From NCBI GenBank assembly GCA_964446515.1, contig CAYUPG010000002.1:1-36846 (forward strand): a stretch of 36,846 nt of DNA, given 5' to 3'. Origin of the DNA: an uncultured Treponema sp. (lineage in GTDB: Bacteria > Spirochaetota > Spirochaetia > Treponematales > Breznakiellaceae). Position 1 is the first letter of the stretch. Every line of letters starts with the position of its first letter. The translations under genes and the position numbers were made by a program. Positions 1 through 7,034 of the stretch are shown here, piece after piece. The notes below the pieces were generated by a model. It searched no databases and was not told the DNA's origin. It saw nothing but the letters and a program-made list of their open reading frames with translations.

Positions 1-46
1 CGGCCCGCAAGGGCTGTGCCGCCTGATACACCATAAGGAGAGAACG

Positions 47-1111
47 ATGCGCTTTGACCGTACGATGCTGGAAGAGAAGATGGACCGGATCATCCTCAGG
101 ATGACCAATCCGCCCCCCGCCCGATTCGTGGAAACCCACCCCATCAGCAACCTGGACTTCACCCAGTGGGAATGGCCCCAGGGGGTCGGCCTCTACGGCA
201 TGGTGAAGCTCTACCTGCGGACCAAGGACCGCCGCTACTACGAGATCCTGGACGCCTGGTTCGCCGCCCGCCTGGCGGAGGGTCTGCCGGGCAAGAACGT
301 CAACACCATGGCGCCCATGCTCACCCTCATCCACCTGTACGAGATCGACAAGCGGCCGGAGCGGCTTACGCTGTGCAGGGAGTGGGCGGAGTGGGCCATG
401 AACGAGATGCCCCGGACCAAGGACCGGGGGCTCCAGCACATCACCGTGGCGGACATCAACGAGCAGCAGCTGTGGGTGGACACCCTCTACATGACCGGGC
501 TCTTCCTGGCCAAGTTCGGCATGGTCACGGGGGAACGGAAGTACGTGGAGGAGGCGATCCACCAGTTCCTGGTCCACATCAAGTACCTGGCGGACCGGGA
601 AGCGGGCCTCTGGTTCCACGGCTGGACCTTCGACGGGAACCACAACTTCGGCCGCATCCACTGGGGCCGGGGCAATTCCTGGTACACCTCCGGGGTGGTG
701 GATTTCATCGAGATCGTGGGACTCGAGGGGGGCGTGCGGGACTTCCTGGTGGACGCCCTGCGTAACCAGGTTGACGCCCTCCTGCCCCTCCAGGACGGCG
801 AGGGGATGTGGCATACCATCCTGGACGACCCGACGTCCTATCAGGAAAGCTCCGCCACCGCGGGCTTCGCCTACGGCATGCTGAAGGCCGTGCGCATGGG
901 TCTCCTGGAGGAGAAATACCGCGCCGCGGCGCTCCGGGCCTGCGAGGGGGTGCTCGAGCGGGTGGACGAGTCGGGCGTGGTGACCCAGGTGTCCTACGGC
1001 ACCGGCATGGGCAACGACGCGGCCTTCTACAAGGCCATACCCGTATGTCCCATGGCCTACGGCCAGGCCCTGACGGTGCACCTGCTCTCCGAGGTGCTGC
1101 ACCTGGCGTAG
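47..1111 (+). CDS. Glycoside hydrolase family 105/88-like unsaturated rhamnogalacturonyl/glucuronyl hydrolase (YteR/YesR-like)
   Basis: 354-aa ORF. AAGGAG at 35-40 lies 6 nt before the ATG. WPQGVGLYG, WVDTLYM and HWGRGNSWY stretches match my recollection of GH105 (alpha/alpha)6 hydrolases. Confidence 0.8.
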   Translation: MRFDRTMLEEKMDRIILRMTNPPPARFVETHPISNLDFTQWEWPQGVGLYGMVKLYLRTKDRRYYEILDAWFAARLAEGLPGKNVNTMAPMLTLIHLYEIDKRPERLTLCREWAEWAMNEMPRTKDRGLQHITVADINEQQLWVDTLYMTGLFLAKFGMVTGERKYVEEAIHQFLVHIKYLADREAGLWFHGWTFDGNHNFGRIHWGRGNSWYTSGVVDFIEIVGLEGGVRDFLVDALRNQVDALLPLQDGEGMWHTILDDPTSYQESSATAGFAYGMLKAVRMGLLEEKYRAAALRACEGVLERVDESGVVTQVSYGTGMGNDAAFYKAIPVCPMAYGQALTVHLLSEVLHLA

Positions 1112-1137
1112 CGTATAGAGCCCCGCGGCCGGCGGCA

Positions 1138-1167
1138 TTGACAGGACTGCACCCGCGGGGCTATTAT
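1138..1167 (+). promoter_or_regulatory. Sigma70-like promoter (TTGACA, 18 nt, TATTAT)
   Basis: Perfect -35 TTGACA at 1138-1143 and -10 TATTAT at 1162-1167, in the gap after the GH105 stop codon. Confidence 0.5.
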
Positions 1168-1197
1168 CAGCCATCACCACAACCGAAGGAGGTCTGT

Positions 1198-1239
1198 ATG
1201 AAGGGAATTGTAGCGGCCACGGCGGTGGTGTTCAGGTAG
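1198..1239 (+). CDS. Possible 13-codon leader ORF (MKGIVAATAVVFR)
   Basis: AAGGAGG at 1186-1192, a 5-nt spacer, ATG at 1198 and TAG at 1237-1239, about 25 nt downstream of the predicted promoter. It may not be translated. Confidence 0.25.
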   Translation: MKGIVAATAVVFR

Positions 1240-1427
1240 GATCGCCCACGGTTCCGCGTCGCGCCTCTGCGCGGCCGGCGGCCTAAGAGCTGCTCCTTCC
1301 TTCCTCACGGACCATTCCGCACTAATCTGTCCAACGAACACCCCGTCACTATTTCAACGCGGTACTCATTAATCTGGGCCTGCGGCTTCGGCATGTCCGA
1401 AGACCGGTCGGCCCGAAGGGCGTTGAT

Positions 1428-1790
1428 ATGTCGAGAACAACAAAGACGGTACACGGCGGTGACGAAACCTATATCTGCATGCACTGCGGCGCGGCGGTGC
1501 CTCCGCCGAGCGCCGGAGGAAAGAACCGCAACCATTGCCCCCGCTGCCTGCACAGCCGGCACATGGACATCACGGCGGGTGACCGCCGATCCCCCTGCAA
1601 GGCCCTGATGCGGCCCATCGCCGTGTGGGTCAGAGGCGACGGAGAATGGAGCGTCCTGCACCGCTGCGAACGCTGCGGCATCATCAGGGCGACGAGGATC
1701 GCCGCGGACGACGACGAAACGGCGCTGCTCAAGCTGGCGCTGATTCCCGTAACGAAACTTCCCTTTCCCCTTGGAGGGTTGAGCGCATGA
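1428..1790 (+). CDS. RNHCP domain zinc-ribbon protein
   Basis: 120 aa. Literal R-N-H-C-P string (GGKNRNHCPRCLHSRH), plus CMHCG and CERCG CxxC pairs. The stop overlaps the rsgA start (ATGA at 1787-1790). Confidence 0.8.
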   Translation: MSRTTKTVHGGDETYICMHCGAAVPPPSAGGKNRNHCPRCLHSRHMDITAGDRRSPCKALMRPIAVWVRGDGEWSVLHRCERCGIIRATRIAADDDETALLKLALIPVTKLPFPLGGLSA

Positions 1791-2974
1791 ACGGCACCTA
1801 CATACCCGAAGCCTGGGGCTGGAAGGGAGAATTCCACGCCGCCTGGGCGGCGAAAATAGAAGAAGAGGGGGGCAGGCGGCCGCTGGTGCCTGCCCGGGTC
1901 ATCGGCCGGGATCACCACCGCTACCGCCTGCTCCGTCCGGATTTTTCCGGGAGGCCGGGATTCGAGGGAATGCCCGAGGGCCCTGGGGTCTACGAGGATG
2001 TCCGGGTGAGCGGCCGCTTCGAGTACGGGGCCGAAGCCCCGTCGGACTATCCGGCCGCCGGGGACTGGGTCCTGGCGGACCCGACGGAGGCGGCCCTGCG
2101 CATCCACGCCGTCCTGCCCCGCCGTTCTTCCCTGAGCCGGGGCAGCGCCGGGGATAAGACGGAGGAGCAGGTCCTGGCGGCCAACATCGATACGCTTTTT
2201 CTCGTCTTCGCCCTGGACGGGGGCCGCAATTTCCTTCCCCGTCTTTTGGAGCGGGGCCTGGTGGTTGCGCGGAATTCCGGGGCCGCCCCCTGCATAGTCC
2301 TGAACAAGGCGGACCTCGCCGACCGGGAACACCGGGAAGCGGCCCTTTCGGAGGCCGCCCGCATCGCTCCGACGGTGCCCGCGGTTGCCCTGAGCGCCGT
2401 GACCGGGGAGGGGCTCGCCGACCTTTCGGCCTACCTCTCCCCCGGGGAGACCGTGGGCATGCTGGGGAAGAGCGGGGTCGGCAAGTCCGCCCTGGTCAAC
2501 GCCCTGGGAGCCTGGAGCTCCGGCCCGGTCGCGGAAGCGGAGGGGGAGCGCAGGGCCGCCCTCGCCCGGGAAGGGCAGGTGCGGGAGGACGACCTGCGGG
2601 GCAGGCATACCACGACCTCGAGCCGCCTCTACCGGCTTGATTCGGGCATACTGCTGATCGACAGCCCGGGCATACGGGAACTCAAAATCTGGGGGGACGC
2701 CGACGCGCTTGCCGGGGGCTTTCCGGAAATCGCGGAGCTGGCGGAAGCCTGCCGCTTCTCCGACTGCACCCATTCCGGAGAGGCCGGCTGCGCCGTCCTT
2801 GAGGCGCTGAACACCGGGTCCCTGGAGACCGAGCGCTACCTTGCGTACCTTGAGCTTTCAAAGGAGCAGGCCTGGCTCGAACGCCGGCACAACGAGGGGG
2901 CCAAGCGGGCGGAGAAGCTGAAGTGGAAGCAGATCGCCAAACTGCAGAAGGAGCTGTATAAGTCGCGGCAATGA
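1787..2974 (+). CDS. rsgA: Ribosome small-subunit-dependent GTPase A
   Basis: Circularly permuted GTPase order: NKADL (G4), then GKSGVGKSALVNAL (G1), then GRHTTT, then DSPG. C-terminal zinc motif CRFSDCTHSGEAGCAV. I chose the ATG at 1787 (MNGTYIPE); the ORF-track extension from 1625 is Arg/Gly-rich and overlaps the RNHCP gene. Confidence 0.9.
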   Translation: MNGTYIPEAWGWKGEFHAAWAAKIEEEGGRRPLVPARVIGRDHHRYRLLRPDFSGRPGFEGMPEGPGVYEDVRVSGRFEYGAEAPSDYPAAGDWVLADPTEAALRIHAVLPRRSSLSRGSAGDKTEEQVLAANIDTLFLVFALDGGRNFLPRLLERGLVVARNSGAAPCIVLNKADLADREHREAALSEAARIAPTVPAVALSAVTGEGLADLSAYLSPGETVGMLGKSGVGKSALVNALGAWSSGPVAEAEGERRAALAREGQVREDDLRGRHTTTSSRLYRLDSGILLIDSPGIRELKIWGDADALAGGFPEIAELAEACRFSDCTHSGEAGCAVLEALNTGSLETERYLAYLELSKEQAWLERRHNEGAKRAEKLKWKQIAKLQKELYKSRQ

Positions 2975-3071
2975 GGGCGGGGCGGCTGCGCCGCTCCGTT
3001 CCGAATTCCGCGGGAAAGGGATTTTATAATTTTCCTTGCTTTTCGTTTTAGTGCATGGGAATGTATCTCCT

Positions 3072-3671
3072 ATGGATACATCGATAGTGCTGCCCCCGCC
3101 GCGGCGGGATCTATCCTTTCCGCTGATGGGGGCCCTGGAAGCACGGAGATCCCGGAGAAAATGGGGAAGCGGAGACATCGGCCTGCAGGTCCTATCGGAC
3201 CTGCTCTGGGCCGCCTGCGGCATCTCCAAGGCGGCGGCGGGAAGGGTAAAACGTAAGCGGACCGCCCCTTCGGCGACGAACGCCCAGGAGATCGGCGTGT
3301 ACCTGCTGATGGAGGGCGGCGCCTACCGGTACGACGAAGAGGGCCATGAGCTGATGCTGCAGGCGGAGGGGGACTACCGGGGGCTCATAGGAACCCAGCG
3401 GATGATGCGCTCGGCGCCTATGGGCCTGGTGTACGTTTCGGACTACTCTAAACTGAAGCTGTACCTGGCCAAGGACGGGGAGACGAAATGGTTCGTCTCG
3501 GGGACCGACGCGGCCTTCATCGCCCAGAACGTCTACCTCTATTGCGCCGCCGCGGGACTGCATACGACGATCATAGGCCTCGTGGATCGGCAACGGCTGC
3601 ACGGGGCCCTGGGACTCCGTCCCCACGAGCAGGTGGTCTACACCCAGGCAGTGGGACCCGGCTGCCCGTAG
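3072..3671 (+). CDS. Nitroreductase-family protein
   Basis: RRSRRKW, LSDLLWAACGI and FIAQNVYLYCAAAGL resemble the nitroreductase fold family. The start is uncertain: ATG at 3072 or TTG at 3036. Confidence 0.7.
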   Translation: MDTSIVLPPPRRDLSFPLMGALEARRSRRKWGSGDIGLQVLSDLLWAACGISKAAAGRVKRKRTAPSATNAQEIGVYLLMEGGAYRYDEEGHELMLQAEGDYRGLIGTQRMMRSAPMGLVYVSDYSKLKLYLAKDGETKWFVSGTDAAFIAQNVYLYCAAAGLHTTIIGLVDRQRLHGALGLRPHEQVVYTQAVGPGCP

Positions 3672-3696
3672 GGCTTAGGGGCCGCGGGTCTTCGCC

Positions 3697-3960
3697 TTAC
3701 TTGGGCTGCAGGAGGAGTCCTATGACCCTACCGCAGGAACCGCACTTGAACCGGTACATGGGCCGGTGTGCGCCCTTCTCCTGGATGCCGACGAGGAGGG
3801 TCCATGACCCTCGGGCGCCGCAGGCGCCGCACTTGGCGAGCTTGATTTTATGGCCGCAGCGGTTGCAGGTGAAGGCGGTCTTGTCGATGTCTTCGATCTT
3901 GGGGATGTCGTTCCAGTTCCGGCTCCGGCAGGAGGGGCAGGTCACGAAATCGATATCCAT
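3697..3960 (-). CDS. Small double zinc-ribbon protein (four CxxC pairs), function unknown
   Basis: 87 aa with CPSC, CNRC, CGAC and CGSC. Starts 7 nt after the HxlR stop on the same strand. Confidence 0.55.
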   Translation of the reverse strand: MDIDFVTCPSCRSRNWNDIPKIEDIDKTAFTCNRCGHKIKLAKCGACGARGSWTLLVGIQEKGAHRPMYRFKCGSCGRVIGLLLQPK

Positions 3961-3967
3961 GGAGCGA

Positions 3968-4270
3968 TTATTCCCCGATGGTCCTCTTCCATTTTTGGCC
4001 CCACTCTTTGAAGGGCTTCAGGAGTTCGGCCAGCTCCTCCCCCAGCGGCGTGAGCCGGTAACCCTCGAGGGTGCGTTCGACCAGGATCGCTTCCGTCAGG
4101 TCTTTGATTCTGCCGCTCAGGATGGTGGGCGAAATGGAGTCGCAGCGCTTCTGGAGTTCGCTGAAGGACAAGGGTCCGTCGCTCAGCTGCCACAGTATGC
4201 CCATGGCCCAGCGCCGTCCGAGGAGATCGAAGATAGCCATGATGGGGGCGCCGGACTTGGATCCCCGCAC
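3968..4270 (-). CDS. HxlR-family winged-helix transcriptional regulator
   Basis: LLGRRWAMGILWQL..GPLSFSELQKR...ISPTILSGRIKDL matches the HxlR family pattern. The start could be the internal Met at 4240. Confidence 0.8.
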   Translation of the reverse strand: MRGSKSGAPIMAIFDLLGRRWAMGILWQLSDGPLSFSELQKRCDSISPTILSGRIKDLTEAILVERTLEGYRLTPLGEELAELLKPFKEWGQKWKRTIGE

Positions 4271-4360
4271 CGGCGTCCCTGGTTTTGGTATGGAAATGGT
4301 GCGCCCCTTTTCGGATTCCCCGCACGGAGGACTCCGGAATCCTCCGTACGTTATAGCGCG

Positions 4361-4555
4361 TTATTTTCCCGACAGCAAGGCTTTAACGGTCTTGCCGCCT
4401 ACGCCCATGTTTTCCCGGGGAAGTTCGGTGATGAGCACGGTGAAGTGCTCGGGCCGCACCTGGGTGACCTCCGCGGCCTCCGCGGTCAGCCGCTCGATAA
4501 GGCGTTCTTTTACGTCCTCAGGCGTGGGACCCGTAACAACAGAAATAACCGGCAT
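4361..4555 (-). CDS. 4-oxalocrotonate tautomerase-family protein
   Basis: 64 aa beginning MPVISV (Pro directly after the initiator Met, the catalytic Pro1 of the 4-OT family). AAGGAGGA RBS immediately upstream on the minus strand. Confidence 0.8.
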   Translation of the reverse strand: MPVISVVTGPTPEDVKERLIERLTAEAAEVTQVRPEHFTVLITELPRENMGVGGKTVKALLSGK

Positions 4556-4578
4556 GATATCCTCCTTGATACGTATTT

Positions 4579-4632
4579 TGTAGCTAGCTACATATTGTGT
4601 ATCACGCTACAAAAAATGTATCAATAGATGCA
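4579..4632. promoter_or_regulatory. Operator-like TGTA-N6-TACA palindromes upstream of the tautomerase-HxlR operon
   Basis: Perfect 14-bp palindrome TGTAGCTAGCTACA at 4579-4592. Second site TGTATCACGCTACA at 4598-4611. Third TGTATC half-site at 4617. The TGTA starts are spaced exactly 19 bp apart (4579, 4598, 4617). Confidence 0.4.
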
Positions 4633-4639
4633 GGGGAAA

Positions 4640-5119
4640 TTATCGAAGAATTTTCTCCATGCAGAGGCTTTCCGTCATGCCCGCGTATTGTCCGTAGTTT
4701 TCGATGACCCGATAGCCGAGCTTTCTATACAGGCCCACCGCTGCGGTCAAGGCATGCCCGGTTTCCAGAATAAGCCTGCGTATCCCCATTTCGGAAGCCT
4801 TTGCTTCCAATTCCCCCATGAGGCGGGCGGAGATACCCTTTCCGCGATAGGCCTGCAAGACGAAAACCCGCTTGACTTCGTAGGTTCCTTCCCCATAGGG
4901 TTTCATGGCTGCGCAGGCAACGGGAAGCTCTCCGTCGAAGCAGAGGAACACGTCCTTGATGCCGTCCAGGAAGTTGTACTGCTGGTACTTTTTCTGCGCC
5001 TGTCCGAAGAGTTCCCACAGTTCGGCATTCAAGACATCGGATAGGACCTCGAAGTCCTTTGTCACGCAGGTGAGATAGACGTAGCCGTAACCCATGGGGG
5101 GAGTATAGGAACGATTCAA
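4640..5119 (-). CDS. GNAT-family N-acetyltransferase
   Basis: 159 aa. The acetyl-CoA site-like VLQAYRGKGISARLM and LYRKLGY are typical of GNAT. Confidence 0.8.
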   Translation of the reverse strand: MNRSYTPPMGYGYVYLTCVTKDFEVLSDVLNAELWELFGQAQKKYQQYNFLDGIKDVFLCFDGELPVACAAMKPYGEGTYEVKRVFVLQAYRGKGISARLMGELEAKASEMGIRRLILETGHALTAAVGLYRKLGYRVIENYGQYAGMTESLCMEKILR

Positions 5120-5189
5120 GACTTCCGCATAGCCGTGCGCAGAAATTCCGCAGACCTCCGAATCGGTAGCCTTAGAGATGCTCGGCCCG

Positions 5190-5840
5190 CTAGGGCTTGA
5201 GATAGGCGCGCGTCCCTATGGAATAGAGCTCCTGGGATGGCTTGTAGCGCTTCTCCTTGGGGGGAAAACCCGCATCGAAGGCCGCGGCGGCGGCGGGGTC
5301 CAGATCGTAGACGGCGCTGTAGCGGAATTTCCAGGGGCGGTCGAAGCGGAAGGCTCCGTCCGCCAGCTCCCGGGCCAGCATGCCGAAGGGATATTCGCCG
5401 TTCCCGTCGCAGATGAGGAAGTCCCGGCTGCTCTTGAAGCCGTGGCGGCAATAGTTGCGGGGATCCCCCAGGATCACCAGGCCCGGGATGCCGGCCTTCG
5501 CGGCCATGGCCATGGTGCGCTCGATCAGGGCACTCCCGACGCCCCGACCCTGATAGTCCGGATGCACGCACACGGGGCCGAAGCCGGCGATCTCCATTTC
5601 CCGGCCGTCCTCCGCATGGAGCCAGGCGCGGGCGTACATGATGTTGCCCACGATGCGGCCGTCCAGTTCCGCCACCAGGTCGAGTTCCGGAAGGAAGTCC
5701 GGATGGTCCCGCAACAGGTGGGTCAGGTAGTGCTCGTCGCAGCCGGGCACGTAGAGGTTCCAGAACGCTTCCCGGGTGAGTTCCTCCACCGCGCGGTGGT
5801 CTTCTTTCCGTTCGCTGCGGATGGCGATGTCCAGGGTCAT
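5190..5840 (-). CDS. GNAT-family N-acetyltransferase
   Basis: Start chosen at the Met of MTLDIAIRSE (cat at 5838-5840). VHPDYQGRGVGSALI is the GNAT motif A. The longer ORF-track form (to 6167) overlaps the DUF4256 gene and is Arg/Pro-rich. Confidence 0.8.
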   Translation of the reverse strand: MTLDIAIRSERKEDHRAVEELTREAFWNLYVPGCDEHYLTHLLRDHPDFLPELDLVAELDGRIVGNIMYARAWLHAEDGREMEIAGFGPVCVHPDYQGRGVGSALIERTMAMAAKAGIPGLVILGDPRNYCRHGFKSSRDFLICDGNGEYPFGMLARELADGAFRFDRPWKFRYSAVYDLDPAAAAAFDAGFPPKEKRYKPSQELYSIGTRAYLKP

Positions 5841-6376
5841 ACCCTCAAAATACCCCGGAAACCCCGGGATGCATAGTAGGAATCGGCTCCGTTGTGGTAG
5901 ACGAAGACCTGGCCGTAGCGCCGGTCGCAGAAGAGGGCGCCGCCGAGCTTCCGGATGTCCTGGGGCGTGGCGATCCAGCTGGAGGTCTTCCTGTCGAATT
6001 CCCCAAGGGTCTGGAGCCTGCGGTACTGCGCTTCCGTCAGGAGCTCGATGCCCATGGAGCGGGCGCGGCCGAGGGCGCTGGAGGCGGGCTTGTGCTCCCT
6101 GCGCCCGTCCAGGGCTTCCTGGTCGTAGCAGAGGCTGCGTCTGCCCGCGGGGCTCTCGGCTGAGCAATCCATGAAGAGCAGTTCCCCCGTATCGGAATCC
6201 CGTCCCACCAGGTCCGGCTCTCCGCCGCTCTCTTCCATCCCGGCCAGCGATAGCAGCTTTCCGGGCGCTGCTTCCAAAGCGGCGCGCACCGTGTCCCAGG
6301 CGATGTCCCCATGGCGCTCGGGGTGCGCCTCTAAACGGGTTTTGAGGGCTTCAAGGAGCCTGTCTTGTTCGCTCAT
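5837..6376 (-). CDS. DUF4256-like protein
   Basis: 179 aa. Overall resemblance to the DUF4256 family from memory. 4-nt overlap with the downstream GNAT start. Confidence 0.6.
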   Translation of the reverse strand: MSEQDRLLEALKTRLEAHPERHGDIAWDTVRAALEAAPGKLLSLAGMEESGGEPDLVGRDSDTGELLFMDCSAESPAGRRSLCYDQEALDGRREHKPASSALGRARSMGIELLTEAQYRRLQTLGEFDRKTSSWIATPQDIRKLGGALFCDRRYGQVFVYHNGADSYYASRGFRGILRV

Positions 6377-6403
6377 GGGGTAAGTATACTACCGCAGGTC
6401 CCC

Positions 6404-6597
6404 GTGGGGGTAGGCCCGGGATCGCCGAGTCCGGGGGAGGAGGGGCTTTAGGGAGACGGGCTCCGGAGGAGACCGCGACTGTCCGGCGGGACCGCCGGAG
6501 GCGGGCCGGGGGAGGAAGCCCGGGCCGGGGGGGAGCCGCGGCGCTAGGGCCGCGGAATGGGGGGCCGGGCGGGCTCGGGGGGAGGGGTGCTCCCCCT
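6404..6597 (+). repeat. GC-rich intergenic repeat element, copy A
   Basis: Shares three ordered blocks with 31589-31730 and, inverted, with 15416-15694: GTGGGGGT.GGC.CGGGATCGCCGAG, then AGGAAGCCCG.GCC..GGGGGAGCCGCG, then GGGTGCTCCCCCT. The blocks are split by an extra segment flanked by the 11-bp direct repeat CCGGGGGAGGA (6431-6441 and 6506-6516). Confidence 0.6.
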
Positions 6598-6621
6598 AAC
6601 GCCTAACGGGAATCGAGGGGG

Positions 6622-6834
6622 CTAGGATTGCTCTCCGTCGTCGCCCGAATCCTCGTCGTCCTCCTCGCCTTCGGGCACGTCGAGGTATTCGTTGACCAGG
6701 TCTTCTTCGCCCTCGGGGATTTCGCCCCGGGCAATGGCTTCCCGGCGGAGCTTCTTCTTGAGCTCCTTCTCTTCTTTCTTCTTCTTGCGGTCCAGTTCCT
6801 TCCTGCGCTTCTCTGAGTTATAGTTCGGCTTCAA
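6622..6834 (-). CDS. Small highly charged protein (Lys/Arg/Glu-rich N-terminal half, acidic tail), function unknown
   Basis: 70-aa ORF with a TTG start. Sequence KRRKELDRKKKKEEKELKKKLRRE followed by EGEEDDEDSGDDGEQS. Only a weak RBS (GAAGGA). Confidence 0.4.
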   Translation of the reverse strand: MKPNYNSEKRRKELDRKKKKEEKELKKKLRREAIARGEIPEGEEDLVNEYLDVPEGEEDDEDSGDDGEQS

Positions 6835-6991
6835 TAGGTCCTTCTTGAGTCGTTGATACTCTACAGTTTACTACAAATTTCGTCCGGGGGAAAGGTGGCG
6901 GCCGCTGCGGCCGCCGTTTCGGCGTGGACGGACCGTCGGGGTCCGTCGGGTTGTCCGGGATATGTCAAATTTTGCGAAAATGTCTATCTTG

Positions 6992-7020
6992 TTGACTTCC
7001 CGCGGGGCTTGGCTGATACT
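6992..7020 (+). promoter_or_regulatory. Candidate promoter of the B12-sensor operon (TTGACT, 17 nt, GATACT)
   Basis: Hexamers at 6992-6997 and 7015-7020. This would leave a very short leader before the ATG at 7035, which has no obvious Shine-Dalgarno sequence. Confidence 0.3.
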
Positions 7021-7034
7021 GATGCTGTATCCCT

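Noticed and set aside
1469-2773. 434-aa minus-strand ORF and the 1625-1786 extension of the rsgA ORF
   Set aside because: It is a shadow of rsgA and the RNHCP gene with no motifs. rsgA homology starts at the ATG at 1787.
5841-6167. N-terminal extension of the GNAT ORF 5190-6167
   Set aside because: It overlaps the DUF4256 gene and is Pro/Arg-rich. GNAT homology begins at the Met at 5840.
6400-6620. Possible CRISPR array or tandem repeat in the G-rich spacer
   Set aside because: There are no evenly spaced identical repeats with unique spacers. The similarity is instead to two distant intergenic regions, reported as a dispersed repeat family.
6897-6947. Two GC hairpins (GGCGGCCGC-T-GCGGCCGCC and GACGGACC-GTCGG-GGTCCGTC) in the divergent region upstream of the B12 operon
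   Set aside because: The structures are real, but no gene ends here on either strand and no U-tract follows. There is not enough evidence to call them a terminator or an operator.
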